This document shows positions 1 through 13,815 of a stretch of DNA of 64,000 bases, one piece after another. Origin of the DNA: Catajapyx aquilonaris (lineage: Eukaryota); NCBI GenBank assembly GCA_000934665.2, contig JYFJ02000470.1, positions 62,001 through 126,000 of the forward strand. Reading direction: 5' to 3'. The notes under the pieces were generated by a model, which worked only from the letters and a program-made list of their open reading frames with translations, made no database searches and was not told the origin of the DNA. Numbering within the stretch: the first letter of the stretch is position 1; each line of letters begins with the position of its first letter. The translations under genes and the position numbers were made by a program.

Positions 1-842
1 CTTTCTTTACATTGATTTTTAAGGCCCCCATGATACGCTCCAGTCTTGTTTGTGTCTTGATGCATGCCCAGATACAGCACTAATCAGTACCATCATACAC
101 TAGATTGTCACCCGAGAAATTGTAACCTTATTAATCTTGTGCCAGCCTTATCATACATCACCTTATAATGAATACTAATTATTAGTGCACACAGTAATCA
201 GTGTCTAATAGAAGCGACTAGTAGACTTTTGAACAAAAGCTCATTTTGGCCATTAAATTTTTGATGGTCAGGAATTTAGTCGGGTGTCATGCAGGCATAA
301 TTTTAAAAAAATGACACTTGCGCATGAATTTATTTTTCAATGGGCACCACAAGCACTTTTGCCCTTCTCTGCCTCATTTTCATGCATGAAATTTGAGGGG
401 CATTTTGGACATGTTGCTTATTGTTTGTGTCTCGTGTGTGTCTTTAGGTAACTGGTGATTGTCCTCTTTTTGTAATGAACTGAGGGACCTTTTTTTAAAT
501 CCTGTTGTCAACCAACTACTACACCCAAAGACCCTTCCCTACCCCTTTTTTGCTCTTAGAACTTGTAGAGATAGTATTGATCCTCGCAAGCGAACGGTTG
601 GAAGTGTTGGGAGCAAACCGACGTTTGTTCGGACAGTAAAAATCTATGCAGTTTTGTAGTTGCTAAAATAGAGAGAAATAAGTGCTGGGTCCCACCCCAT
701 GGATGGGACTTGAAGAGACAGTCAAGTGGCCTAGTGAGAGGGAGAGAAACAGACTCGTTGTCACCAGTCGAGAAAAGGCCCCAGGGAATCTTCCCATAAC
801 TCCACTTCATGGTATTGAATGCTTTTGTGTTGGGTCTTTCAG

Positions 843-3439
843 GGAGTTCTGATGCTCCAAGACCAGTATCGAGCCATAATGCAGTACAGCATCCCGAAGG
901 ACGGTGTTGGGGACAGGGGAGCTGGCAAGATTGCACAAGACTGGTATTGCATCAAGGTATGCCAAGTGGATGATTAATCCATGTCTTGCAATTATAATAA
1001 GAGTGATATGCTTTCTGGGCTGATGACTCTTTTTTTTTTAGTGTGGTGCACATAACTTCAAGCGCCGTGACAGTTGCTTCAAGTGTAATGCTTCCAAGCA
1101 AGAGTCGGAGCAAGGAGGAGAGGGCAGCGATGAAGTTAGTCCTCATCCAACACACAGTAAGTAATGTGTCTCCTTCAAGTTTCAGGGAATGCACAGCACA
1201 CGCCCATCTCATCTGAATTTTATTTCAGCTGTCCTTCTGCGCAACCTGGACGTTCTGTCGACAGAGGACTCGATTCTGCAGGTGATCCAGAACCTTTGCA
1301 CGCTCCCAATTCGTAGTGTCCGGATAGGGCGTGATTCCCTAACCAACACCTCTCGAGGAGTGTGCTACCTGGAGATGAATAGTGTCGTGGATGCTATGTA
1401 CCTCCACAATGCCCTGGCAGGAGATCCTCCTACTATAGATGGGAAGAAGGCACATGTGTCTTACTGCAAACTTCCCCAGCTTGTGTCCAACGTCTCATCT
1501 GCAGTTGCATCTACAGCCCTTGCGGCTGCACAGTGGAGTAACAGTGGCAATGACTCTCAGACCTACACACCTGAGGAAGTGGCTAGGATGGCTGAGTACA
1601 GTGCCTCTCTCTATGCCACTACACCTGAAGAACATGCAAGCTACTTGCGTTATTATCAGCAATATTACCAGGCTGGAGGTGGTGCATCTTCTGTAGCATC
1701 TTCACAGGCTGACTCAGTCAATGCAGCAGCAGCTGTGGCACAGCAAGCTCTAAGACAGCTTCAGGCCAACAAAGAGTTCAAGAAGCAGGCACAGGTTGGT
1801 ATTTGCTTTGCATCATTGATGAAACAGAAAGATGAGACCCATTGTGTTTTTTAGGATGACTTGCACAGGAAGGATGATAAGTTGGCTGCTGCTGCAGAGG
1901 CTGCAGCCCTGGCTGTTGCAAGTGGGCCGGGCAGTAGGGGGAGCAAGTCGGAAGAGAGTACAGCTGGCACAGCATCTGTTGCAAATGCCGCACAAGTACT
2001 GCCATATGTACAATCACTTGGATCAAAGGCTGACTACCCCAAATACGGTACGTAAGAAAAAATACCGCTATCTTGTAATTTGGCAGTATTCAGGTATCCA
2101 ATGCGTTGTGGCATCATTTAATACCTTGATATCTGATCGTTACAGCCTGTCCTGATGTAAGCACCTACCAGTATGATGAAAGCTCTGGCTACTATTATGA
2201 TGCACGAGTGGGCTTGTATTATGATGCCAATTCCCAGTACTACTACAATCCCCAAACCCAGCAGTTTCTGTACTGGGACACAGAGCGACAGACTTACCTC
2301 CCTGCACCCACCACTGGATCTGCAGATGATGCCACCAACAATGGCAATGGTGCGGCGGGCATGGGCAAGGATGATGGTACACCAGGGGGAGACAAGAAGA
2401 GCAAGGACAAACAGGACAAGGTAAAAGTGGCCAAGAAGATTGCCAAAGACATGGAACGCTGGGCCAAGACACTCAACCAAAAGAAGGAGATGGCACGGCA
2501 AAACATGGCCATGGCACAGGGGATGGCCACCATCACTGCTTCCCCAGCTGCTGTGGCTGGGCCACCACTGTGCTTGTCACCTCGTCCTAGTGGGGCTGCC
2601 GATGCTGGCTACGCTGTATTGGAGCGAAAAGAGAAGGCAGCCATGGCAGAACGCGGACCAACCCGTGAGGACAAACTAGCTGCTCTGAAATCTGCAGCTA
2701 AGTCGGCATTGGTAGCAGCCTATGGCAGTGATTCGGATGATGATGAAGATGAGCCATCACAGGACCGTCACACAGACTGGTCAAAGATGGCTTGCTTGTT
2801 GTGTAAGAGGCAGTTTCCAAGTAAGGAAGCACTGGTTCGGCATCAGCAGCTGTCAGATCTACACAAGCAGAACATCGAGGCTTGGAGGAAATCAAGGGCA
2901 TCCTCAGCTCAACATGCTGATGGAGCCAAGTACAGAGACAGGGCAAAAGAGAGGCGAATAAAGTACGGTGAACCAGAGCCACCCCACCCTAACCGTCTGA
3001 AAGAGAAATACCTGAAGGCCAGGGAGGAGGCCGCAGCTACTTCTTACGAAGAGCCAACCAAGCAGGGAATTGGTTCTGACAACATTGGGAATCGCTTGCT
3101 CCAAAAGATGGGATGGCAAGAGGGGATGGGATTAGGAAAGGCCAATCAAGGTCGCACCACCATAATCGAGGTACAGTCATTGCACTGCGACAAGACGTCC
3201 ACAAGTCTTCCTTTGCCCTCATAAAAATTATTTGTTTCTCGTGTGTAACGACCATGTTATTTTGCTTTCAGGCGGAACGGAGAGCCTCAACTGCTGGTCT
3301 AGGAATGAAGCAATCAACGTATGGGGTAGTTCCTGGAGATACATACAAGGATTGCGTTAAGAAAATGATGTTTGCGCGTTATCAGGAATTGGCCACGGAT
3401 CAAGGGGGTGAGGAAGAGGAGGATGATCATGGGAGCTGA
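843..3439 (+). CDS. RBM5: RNA-binding protein RBM5/RBM10 family, 5' part outside window (exons 843-956, 1042-1156, 1229-1794, 1855-2047, 2146-3170, 3272-3439)
   Basis: Spliced translation gives RanBP2 zinc finger (DWYCIKCGAHNFKRRDSCFKC), RRM2 (VLLRNL...SRGVCYLEM), OCRE domain (PDVSTYQYDESSGYYYD), KVKVAKKIAKDMERWAKTLN, C2H2 finger (CLLCKRQFPSKEALVRHQQLSDLH) and G-patch (SDNIGNRLLQKMGWQEGMGLGK). All introns GT-AG; AATAAA near 4002. Confidence 0.95.
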
Positions 3440-4947
3440 AACGCAGTAAGGACGCAATTGATCAAGTTGTATTTGGAGTTGTTGTTGCTTTAACGTAATT
3501 TTTCTTCTTCTCCAGGATTGATTCTTCCGTGAGAGGCACAATTTGGAATGAACTTCCCAGTATTTGTTGTGGGATAGTTGTCGGAAGAAGGGGGTTGTCA
3601 TGTCAGTTGTTGACATTTTCTTGACATTCACTAGTGTTAAGCGTGGCAAAGGAAATGTTTCTTTCATTTTTTTTACCAGTGACATATACGGAGACTGACA
3701 CACATGAATGTGTGCGTGAGGCATGATTATTGTTGAGTGAGTGTACAGGGATGCTATGTGGTCATTAATAATATGTAAATATAGGTGACTATTTGGAAAA
3801 TGAATGAATTTCTTGATTTCTGTAATGTTATTAAAAGTGAGATTTACAGCAATTTCGACCATTTTTTTCCACTGTGCCCGTCCTTATAATGCATTTATTT
3901 TGAAATTGCGTTTGGCAAGTAGGGAATGTGTGAGGTGGAGCAAGAGCCTGAGGCACATGTCACGTTTATTTTTTTTTATTTTGTGCATTTTTTTTGCTTC
4001 AAATAAATAAACAAATTGTACTGTGGTCTGTTCGGTGTTCACAGGTGGCAGCACTGAAGAAGTGGTAGCAAGAGAGATGCTGCCATCTGACGCTCATCAC
4101 AAGCACGACCTTAGGAGGAGCGGGAAAATTGACACACGTTTTACTGTACATGAATTATTTATTATTGCGGATTTCAGGCTAATGTCGAGGCTAATGTGCA
4201 TTATAAATAGATAATGAAACCGTTCCCTCAACCCACACTCATCACGTGCATATTTTGTACCTGGTCCCAATCCCTTAATTTCCGAAGTGTCGCGGCGCCG
4301 CATCGGCAGGGGGGAAACCTGCTGGTCATGAATTGCAGATGGGTATAGGGTGTCGCTATATGGCACCATCATCCATCAGCTTTTCTTCTCTTTACTGCCC
4401 TCCCTGTCTGCTGTCACGGTCGTGAACGGAGTAATAACACTGCCCAAGTCTCCCCTTTTTCCGGAAATCCCCCCTGCTGTGCTGTTGTGGTCCCGTGAGA
4501 AGCGTCAATGAAATCGGGGCCCCTACACTCCGTGGCCAATAGGCAATAGGGGTCTGTGGGAGCGAAGGTCGCAAAATGCCTTGGTTGATGCAAATGAGTG
4601 AGGACGGGACGGCATGAGGGTAAAAAGGTGTGTGTATAGTGAACAGTGGTGTGCGCATGGGTTGAGCACTCCTCCAATCAGCGCAGTCCTCCTACAGGCT
4701 TCTCTCTTCTCAGCACTCTTTATTTTTTTGTTGTTGTGCTGCTGCTGCTCCCACCCTCCTCTCCCTGCTTTTCCCCCCGCGGTGGTGGTGGTGCCAGTCG
4801 GGAGAAGTGGAGGACAAGTGGAAGGCCGCTCTAGGTTATTTCTCTTGCAGCACCACCACCATTGCCCAACAGCAACAGGGAACCATCCATGTGGACCTCA
4901 ACACTGCTGGCCTACTCTGAAGGCACTTCTTTGCTGCTGCTGCTGCC

Positions 4948-7900
4948 ATGGCCTCACGTCACCTACCCGCTCTCATTCTGCTCAGATTCCTGCTGGTAAG
5001 TAGATCCAGCCAAGGACAACAACAGTGGTCATTGCCATAATGCACATTGGGCATGTTCACTGAATTCTTTTTTTCTCTCTGGAGCTGAAGAGAGGGTTTG
5101 CTGGTGGTGGGGGTGCCTGAAAACGGGTTTTCCTCGGGGCGTTGGCAAGCCTACTGCCAGCCAGTGGGGGATGGAGAGAGAGAGCGAGTGACAAATGTGG
5201 CCACGATCGATGTGGACCGTTTGTTACTTCACTTATTCTCCCCACCACCCAAACTCACTCACTTCATTCCCCTCCAACACTGGCGCCTCCATCTAACTCA
5301 ATCAGCTTTTCCCCATCTGAAAGCCTGAAGTCTGCGCCACCATAATATTATTCCTACCAGCAGAGTCGAAGAAAGGAAAAAGAAACGAAACATTTGTGGG
5401 GACTAACATTCCTCCGTTCCTTAGGGAGGGTCAAGGAACTTTAGGACCCATTTTCATTCCTCCCATCAGCAGAGAGTGGAGGCTGTTATTTTTACGCCAT
5501 CCTTTTACCTCATTCCGATAGTAATGCGGATGTTTTGAACGGGGAGACTTGTGAATGGAAATGCTCATTCCAGATCCTGCTATGCTGTGAGCGACATGTG
5601 GCGAAGAAGTACAAGCGACCGGACTTTTGCGAGGACCCTGAGGTTAGCCCGCAATATTGTGCTTCAAGCTGTCAAAAAAAAATGGCGAAACTTTTTTTTT
5701 GTTGACATGTTGAAATTACTCCAATGTATCTGCAGGAAACGGACAAACCGATGTCATTCCTATGGGCCCTGAAGCGTCAGCCGCCGTCGTACTTCTTCGG
5801 TACTATTCACGTCCCGTACACGCGGGTCTGGGATTTTGTACCGGACAACGTGAAGATGGCTTTCGAGGCCGCGGACAGTGTCTTCTTCGAGCTGGACCTG
5901 ACCCAACCTCGCACCATCGCGGCCCTGACCCGCTGCCAGCTTCTACCACCCGGAGAGAACCTGGCAGACGTTTTGCCTCGAGACATCTTCAGGAGGCTGA
6001 AGAGGCATCTGGAGTACGTCAAAGTGATGCTGCCGTCCTGGATGACGGCGGACCAAAGAGGAAGAGGCCTGTACGCCGATTACCTCTTCAACGCCATCAC
6101 CGGCAACTGGGAGAGGAAGAGGCCCGTCTGGGTCATGCTGATGGTCAACTCGCTGACCGAGAGCGACATCAAGTCTAGAGGTGTACCGGTGCTGGACCTG
6201 TACCTGGCCCAAAGGGCTGAAAAGGAGGGCAAACGGACAGGGGCTGTCGAAAAAGTGGATGAACAGTGTGTGCCACTCAATGGACTCAACTTTTCACAGG
6301 TCAGTCATACATATGTGCATTATCAGTCATGAATGTACAGCATTGCTCAACATAGTGGTTTGAACCCATTTTGCAGAGTATAGTCGTCGGGGATCCAAAT
6401 AGCATGGCGGCATGCCTTTGTGCTCCGGGAAACTCGTAAATTGCTGAGATAAAAGACCTGTTAGGCCGCGTTATTAACAAAGGAAACCGCTCCCTGTGTT
6501 TGTGTCATTTTGCGCTGATCAAAGCCGAACCGAGTAAATAGGGTTGAGAGATGTGCACCCCTCCTACTCTGCACTCTGTCAAGTCAAGAGGGTGCATTAA
6601 ATTAGACCGGTTCTTTATTTACCCAAAGACATTCTGACTCTCAATTGAAGGCCACATGGCGATGAACTTACAAGAAAATCAGACCTTGGCCGCAAATTGG
6701 ACGGCCTTCTTTGTACTCTTGTGACCAGAAAATATCGATGGGGCTGGGCATATCGTAAATCATGGACCCATTTCCGTCTAGTGTCCCCCCAGGGGATTAT
6801 TTGCCCAACCCTGCGCATTTGCATGGGGATGATAGGTAGATGGATGCGCTTCCGGGGCTGGGGGGGGCTGCACAAAGCCGGACTGTCCCCCCTTGTGTAC
6901 AATACAGCTCAGAGACCCATCAAACGGCCGCCGAAATGGATGGCAGGGGAAAACAATGGGACCAGGATAAGGATAATTACCAGATTCGCGCTTCCAACAT
7001 TATGGTGCAAGTGTGCATGAAATTGGCTTCTACTCGATCAATACCTGGCCAAAAAAATCGGACAATGCAAAATAGGGATCCTTTGAATGGACAAAAAGGC
7101 GCCGGTGCATGAATGAATAATGTGGTCTACTGCACGTGCTTGTGGGACCCAGTCTGGAATGAGACCACTGGCGCCTAAATTCTGAGCCAAAAAAAAATCG
7201 GGGTGCTCGTACTATTTTTTAAAGCACTATTTCTCCCGCACTTATCGACCAGGAGACAGATCGATCGTCAGGCGCCGCGATTATCGAGGGGAGAGCCTGG
7301 TGGGGAGGAAAACTCAGTCAAATGGGACACAATCCCCTCTGCTAAATCCCCTTGGAGCCAGAAGGATGGATGGGGACACACCGGAAGAGAACCCAAACGA
7401 AGGACACCATTCCTCAGCTTTTGTCAGCTGGATTGGATGGGAGGGGGGGGGGGNTGGGGGGGGGGGGGGGGAACCTAGGACATTGGCCTCTTGCATGCTC
7501 CCCCAAAAAACTGGTCGCCCACATAATGCTAATGACAGTGCTTAGGATGACAGCGGTGTCCATTTCTTATAGGAGCCAAATAGTGCTAATGAGCATTAGA
7601 AATGAATGCGGGGGATGTGGGTTATTCTCGGGGCATGACGTCTTCATTACCTTCATATCCAATTAGTGCGTCTAGGAATACCATCACGAAAGTGGAGGAT
7701 AAATCGCTTCTCAGCACGCACTGTTCGCACTTTTTCGCTTGCGTCTATATACTGGGAGGTCTGCTTTTTGGGGATGCCGACGTCGAAAAAACAAGCCAGT
7801 CGTACTTTATTAGACCGGTGGAGAAACTGCAGGTGACTTGCTGGTAAACCTGGCTTCATTTTTATGGGAGGACATTTATAAATGCGTTTCCAGGTCTCAG

Positions 7901-10510
7901 GTAGTACGATACTAGCACGCAGCACGGTTCCTGTCATGCACCGAGATCGTTTCCCTCTGGGCTCTCAGGAAGTACCCGGAGTTGACGAGGGTTAAACTTT
8001 TTATCTAGCAGGCATGCGAGAACTTGTGTTATCACACCGGCAAAAGCGTTTCATGTGATGCGACAACTACCCTCTCATATGGGGATAATAACAGAGCGTA
8101 CAGCACTTGCTATATGCCTAAGGGGCTACTATATAGGCCACAATGTGAAGGCTATAAGTGGATCTGTCGATATTTCTAAGGACACCATAAGTGTTTGGCT
8201 TGGGTTTTGGCGACTACCGCCATATGCTACAACGCACCACAGTCGAACAATAAATGAATGGTTTATCTCAGAATATGACCCCGATTGTTTCTTCCATAGT
8301 TTGTTCCAGTTTGTTGATGTAAACAATCTGAAGTTTCGTACCTAAAACCTCCCTTTGAAATGAGGCAGTGCTGAACTAGGCTGGCCTTATCGAGAATATT
8401 GCTGGCGGACCCCTTTATTGGCTGGCATCACATAGCATATAGGCCGCGAACGATAACTTATTAATGGGGGGTAGTAAAATTCTGAGTATTATTAGGAGGG
8501 GGTGTAAACGGAAATGGAAGAGGATCGAGCTCTTGTTGATCAACCCAGTCTTCGTCGGTCCGAAAGCGCGTGGATGAAATCGATAATGCCTCTCTGCATG
8601 TGCGAAAATGCCGCTCTCATTATGTGCATTTTTATAACGCAATCAGTGCAAAGTGCTGTCGCGTAATGTAGTTTCGCCTGGCCAGTAGACATTAGCGCAA
8701 CACAGAAGAGGAGCCATGGTTGCGTAACGATCAGGATGAAAGGCCAAAACCTACTATTATTTTGAATTTTTATTAGAGTTATAGTGGTGCTGTTTATTGG
8801 GGATAGCCATAAAGCGTGGATTTAGTCTATTGAAATTGTGATGGACCTTTATAGGCCCTAGCTTTATGTAGTACTTCCTTATTTTTTTATTCCCTGGTTG
8901 ATAACCTGGGAGTGCGAAAGTTCGTGCGAACTTCGTCGTGTTTTGTGTGAAACTCGTGCAGCATTGAAAGACAATTTGGCCTTTTTATATGTCGGAAAAG
9001 AGGGTCGTTCACGAAGTTCAAAGCCCAACCAACAAAAGAGATAAGTAGGCTATGGGAACTATTTATTACATTTGGATGCTCGTGCACTTGATCCTGAGTT
9101 TACCGTACAGATACAAAAATTGTGCAATTGTACGCCTGTTGTGTTACTTCAATATATATATTTTTTACAGGTGCTGTTTGCATTGAACCAGACTTTGTGC
9201 CAGCAAGAGAGCCTGCGTGAAGGAGAAGCGCGTGTTCCTTATTCGACGGATGACCTGATCAAGCACTATAGCTGTGGAGACCTGGATGCTGTTGTCTTCA
9301 GCCAAGACTCCACACAAGTACTTAAGGTTGCACAACTTGGGGAGGACATGACTGCTTCCCTGAGTAAAGGTCCAACCATATGTAAGAAATGTGCTCTCAC
9401 TGGTCCTACAGGTTCCCACACTGGCCAATGGATCCCTGGCCCCTCCAGACCAGCAGACAGCAAGGCGAATTGATGAATACTTCCGGGAGGAACTGATATA
9501 CAAGCGGAATCAACGCATGGGAGAAAGAGTAATGGAGCTTCTTGGAGCTCACCCACAACGTAGCTTCTTCTTTGCGTTTGGGGCTGGCCACTTCCTAGGG
9601 AATCACACTGTGCTGGATGTTGTGTCTGAAGCTGGGATGGCAGTTGAGCATGTTTCTCCTGACCGGAGGCTTAAAGGGTAATTATTGCAAATTATTGCAT
9701 GTGTGAGAATGCTAGTCTAACATGACCAAATTGCAATTTAAAGGCACCGACGTAAGCATCGCCACCGAGTGGTACTGCCAAAGTTTGGCCTGCTGAGAGA
9801 CTTTGGTCCAGCACCCAATGCAGTGGAAGAGGCGGATGCAGGAATGGAGCAGCAACTTCGAGCACAGGAGAGGAAGGCACCGAAGAGCAGGGGTGGAGGA
9901 GGGGCAAGCCCCGGTGGGGGAGGAGGAGGGATGTCCTCAGATACACCCTCCAAAAATAAACACCGCAATTTCAATGACCTCTGGGTGCGGCTTGATCCTC
10001 AGTCACATGGGTAAGACAATTTGTTTGGTTTGCTCGATTCACATTAATAGGCCACTTCGCATTACATTATGGCTTAATCCTGAGTGCTAACTTAGGGCCA
10101 GTTGTTTAAAGGCAAATAAAGGAGAAAATGTCTGATTATTTCAGATCATACATTGTGAATACCCCAGGGTGCAAACTAAAAAGTAGGCAGACATAGGACT
10201 GAAGTGTAATTTTGTAAAAGTTTTTGATCTTTTCATACCTGAGATAGTTTTGAAAATGAAGCCCTTTAGTTCCTACTATCTACCCAAATGCAAGTGAGAG
10301 GTCATATTAGCACTCTGGCACTTCGTATTTCCCATTTTCAGGAGTCGGGAGTCCCTGAGTGCAGAAGCCAGAGCAGTGCAGCAGTCCCTTCGCCTCTGGT
10401 ACGGTCTTCCAGCCACTACTTCATCAGGGAGTCCTCCTTCAAGTTCAATTTTTGTGCCAGGGTATCTCTGGCTCCTCTTGATCTCCATAGTAGTACAGCT
10501 GCCCAGCTGA
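4948..10510 (+). CDS. TRABD2: Metalloprotease TIKI (TraB/PrgY family) (exons 4948-4995, 5574-5642, 5736-6299, 9171-9317, 9412-9677, 9744-10010, 10342-10510)
   Basis: Signal peptide [21 protein letters not shown]; motifs [74 protein letters not shown]; hydrophobic C-terminus [15 protein letters not shown]. Exon phases are consistent. Confidence 0.93.
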
Positions 10511-13371
10511 CTCTCCCATTTCTGCTGTATCCAAGACATATACAGACCTAAATGCCCAAGAACAATGCCAAGGCTCTACTCAGTGCCATATTAATGGCTG
10601 TCATTTGCTTCCACCACACTGGACTCTGAAGGACCACTGAGTGTGAATGTGGGTGCATGTGAGTGAAAATGTATGCATGCATGAGATGTCATATGTCTCT
10701 GAATCAGATCTACAGTGGCACTCGATATGTTTTTCCCTTCCAATGTGCTTCCTTTACGGTGACGCACATAACCAGAAATGGTGTCAACTGGTACAGTACA
10801 TGTGGATTTTTTTATTACAGGTTCGCCTACTTTGGGTAATTCGAGTTCAAACAATACTCTCTGTTCTGGTTTGCATACTCAGAATTCATACAAAATGTCT
10901 ACCTCTTGGGCTTGAAACGCTACTGTAGTGACCTCACAAGTCTGCGGTAGATGAAATTGACCAGATCAGTCCTGCCAATAATAATATAATATAGGAGACT
11001 CTTTGCTCTCTACTGTGCAGTACAAGTGGATTGTTTTGTCAAGTTGTCCAATGATTAGTGGACGAACGTTATAGAAGCAGTTGGTGTGTAGTTACCAACT
11101 AAAGAAGTGTCCCTCATTGTGGAAGGTGCAGTGTTGGCTGATAAAAATGAAATAATTTATTGCTTTACATATTATGACTGTGTCGATCTGGTGACATTGC
11201 TGTAACAAGAAAAAAAAAACATCGTTTGTTAAAACTGGTAAGTTGTGCAGTTTCATTTCTCAAAAAAAATATCCCACATGACAGAATTTTGGCCCTAATT
11301 CTACACTTCCCCATCATTTTCGCGTGCCTGGAAAAACTCGGGTTGCCTGGATCGCCTATTTTTGCTGCTCTTTATGTAATTAAGCAGCTACAAGAGCGAT
11401 CATGCGACCTACGGTTGTAATTAGCAGCAATTTATCTGATCGCGTGCCCGCCCAAGACCCGGTTACGCCAGCATTTGTAGCTTTGTTTTCGAGGATCCAG
11501 TTTCGTGCTTTAGCTCAGATTTTGTGGCCTAGGAATGACTATTTTCTGCCTTTTACGACTGCGGGTAAATGTGATTCGCCTCGAGCCCATAAGCATTACT
11601 TCGAGTGTAACACTAACCACTACAACTCATATCCTCATCCCCTGCATTCTGTTGTTGCTATCAGGTTTCTGCAAAAGGATTCGAAACCTTCGGTTACATG
11701 TAGACATGTAATTCGGACACTTCTATAGATAGCAGAGGTAAGCATTTGCCGATGTTTTTAAGGCATAAAATATGACTAGGTCATAAAAACGTGAGTTATA
11801 TGGAAAGGACCTGATTTATCTTCGCAGCTGCGGAAAATTAATACGTCGTACTTACAATACGTGTATCCTTCTTTCCGGCCTTTTCGAGGAATTCCTCAAG
11901 CATATAGTGAAGAATGAAACGTCATGTATCTTGCAATTGCGATAGTAGTCCCGGTACAGTATTTTCGATAAGACGGCTATGATGTCATAGCAAAGATCCG
12001 GACCTACGCTACCACATACACGCAATGATTTCAAGAGGTGATTAGACTGATTACTCACCTCGAGCGTAATAAAACTCGTGATATCGTGATCATCTCATTG
12101 AAAGTGGAGATCAGAAGCGGAGTTGCGATAGGAATAGCGGTACTTAGTTTCGCAATACAAAGTTTTTGTAACCCATTCATAAAGCAGAAATGTATGTCAA
12201 ATGCTACTCAGCATTTCAAAAGTAAAATTAATGACGTAAAATTTTCTCCTGTTTCCTTCAGGCAGGAAGCAGTATTTAGTCAGGACGTTAAGGGACTAAA
12301 CTGTGCATTTGGTGAAAAAAAGCATGAAATTTGGTGCGAATGTCCCTGAGGCCATTCTCTTCAAATTCAGATATGGCGCCACGCCCGTTTCTGCTCCGGA
12401 GGCCCGTAATTGCGAGTTGGCTACCTTTAAGCCACTGAAAAGTATTTTTCTGAGCGAACTATGCTTCTCAGGAGGATATGTGCCAAACAAAGGTTGTAGA
12501 GATATGTGTATTCTACAACAAGTATAAAGTACTTTTCCACGGACGTATTGCGTAATTAATTGGCCGATCTCTTCCGTCTGTGGTCTCCAATAATATTGCG
12601 CATGGCCAGGCGCAGAGAGACAGGCAAGCAGACAGTCACTCACACTATTACCGACTTACCCTATTACTACTATTAGATTATCTTTATGCAATTAGCGTTA
12701 AAATGATTTCATCGGTTTATAACCGGCACATATCCCTGCCAACGACAACTCACAGCAAGGCTTGAAATCTTTCTTCAACAATAGAACTTGAGCACGAATA
12801 ATTTTTAATTTACTGGAATAGACCTATGTAATAAAGCAAAAAAAAAAATCGCTAGTTACTTTCCACGTTAATGGTGATATATTGTCAGCAATAAATATAA
12901 AGGCTATATATAAGTTCTGTAGGGAATAAAAGTTGCGCGAATGCATTAGGAGGGAGCTTTTGTAAGATTTATTACCAAACTGGCGCAAAACTTTGTAAAC
13001 AGCATTTCCGCTGCATTTTATGCAGTCTCTTTCAGTCCCGGAAAGGATTTCGGTATACGAATTGATCACCATGCTGTTGCAGCAGTTCAAATCTATCATA
13101 AACCTGTCGCCAAAAAAAAGGGGGGGGGGGGAGGGGGGAAGCGAAAAAAAAGTTGGCATTGGAGGCACTTTTCGACACGAACAAAATGTGCTAATTTTTT
13201 GATCACTGTGTTTAAACTAGGTTCCTCCTTCAACCTCCCGACAGTATTGCTGATCATCAGAGACAAGTTCATTCAAGTCCTCAATTTCCGTGAAATCCAC
13301 AGCGACGTTTCAATGTCCCACTTCAATTCCTTTCATGAAGATGATGAAGATGATGGGATCTTCTCTGGGAT

Positions 13372-13382
13372 CATCATCATCA

Positions 13383-13428
<46 letters not shown>
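13372..13428. repeat. Compound (ATC)n(GTC)n microsatellite upstream of UGCG exon 1A
   Basis: Directly visible trinucleotide tracts. Confidence 0.95.
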
Positions 13429-13815
13429 AACTGAATATTCCCGCCTTCTGCCGGCCGGCCAGTCGTTCTTCTCCTTCCCACCAGATGTCTCGAGTGTGGA
13501 GTTCCGCCGCTTGGTCCGTCCCGTGACGTCACCCGATCATTTTCTCGTTGTCCGCCAAATGGAGTGGTCGCCCTGCTAGGTCCGTCCGGTCCTCCTCACA
13601 CACGACGGGAGACGAGGGGAGACAGTCTGGTTGAGAGAGAGAGAGAGAGCAGGCGCCTCTTGGTGTGTGTGTGTGGACAGTTTGGTGGCAGTGTGTGTGG
13701 CCCTGGCGGGGAAGGGTCTGGTGCACGGGGCAGAGAAGGAGTCGGCGGCTGTGGCGGCGGCGGCGGCAGAAGGAGCGGAGGAGGAGGTGGAGGAGAGGGA
13801 GGAGGAGGGGCAAAG

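Noticed and set aside
7960..7996. piggyBac-like end (…GACGAGGG|TTAA) in a TIKI intron
   Set aside because: No matching opposite TIR found; a single short motif is insufficient.
10508..10594. Stop-codon readthrough at TIKI (TGA-C context)
   Set aside because: Context alone is weak evidence, and an extension would disrupt the GPI-like terminus; there is no conservation data.
11850..12660. Possible minus-strand gene suggested by several GTAAGT/GTGAGT donors and ORF 11852-12058
   Set aside because: Could not assemble phase-consistent exons or recognise any protein motif; part of the region looks like a decayed transposon end.
13160..13210. Transib/RSS-like terminus (CACAGTG on the minus strand)
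   Set aside because: Only a heptamer match; no partner end or 5-bp TSD located.
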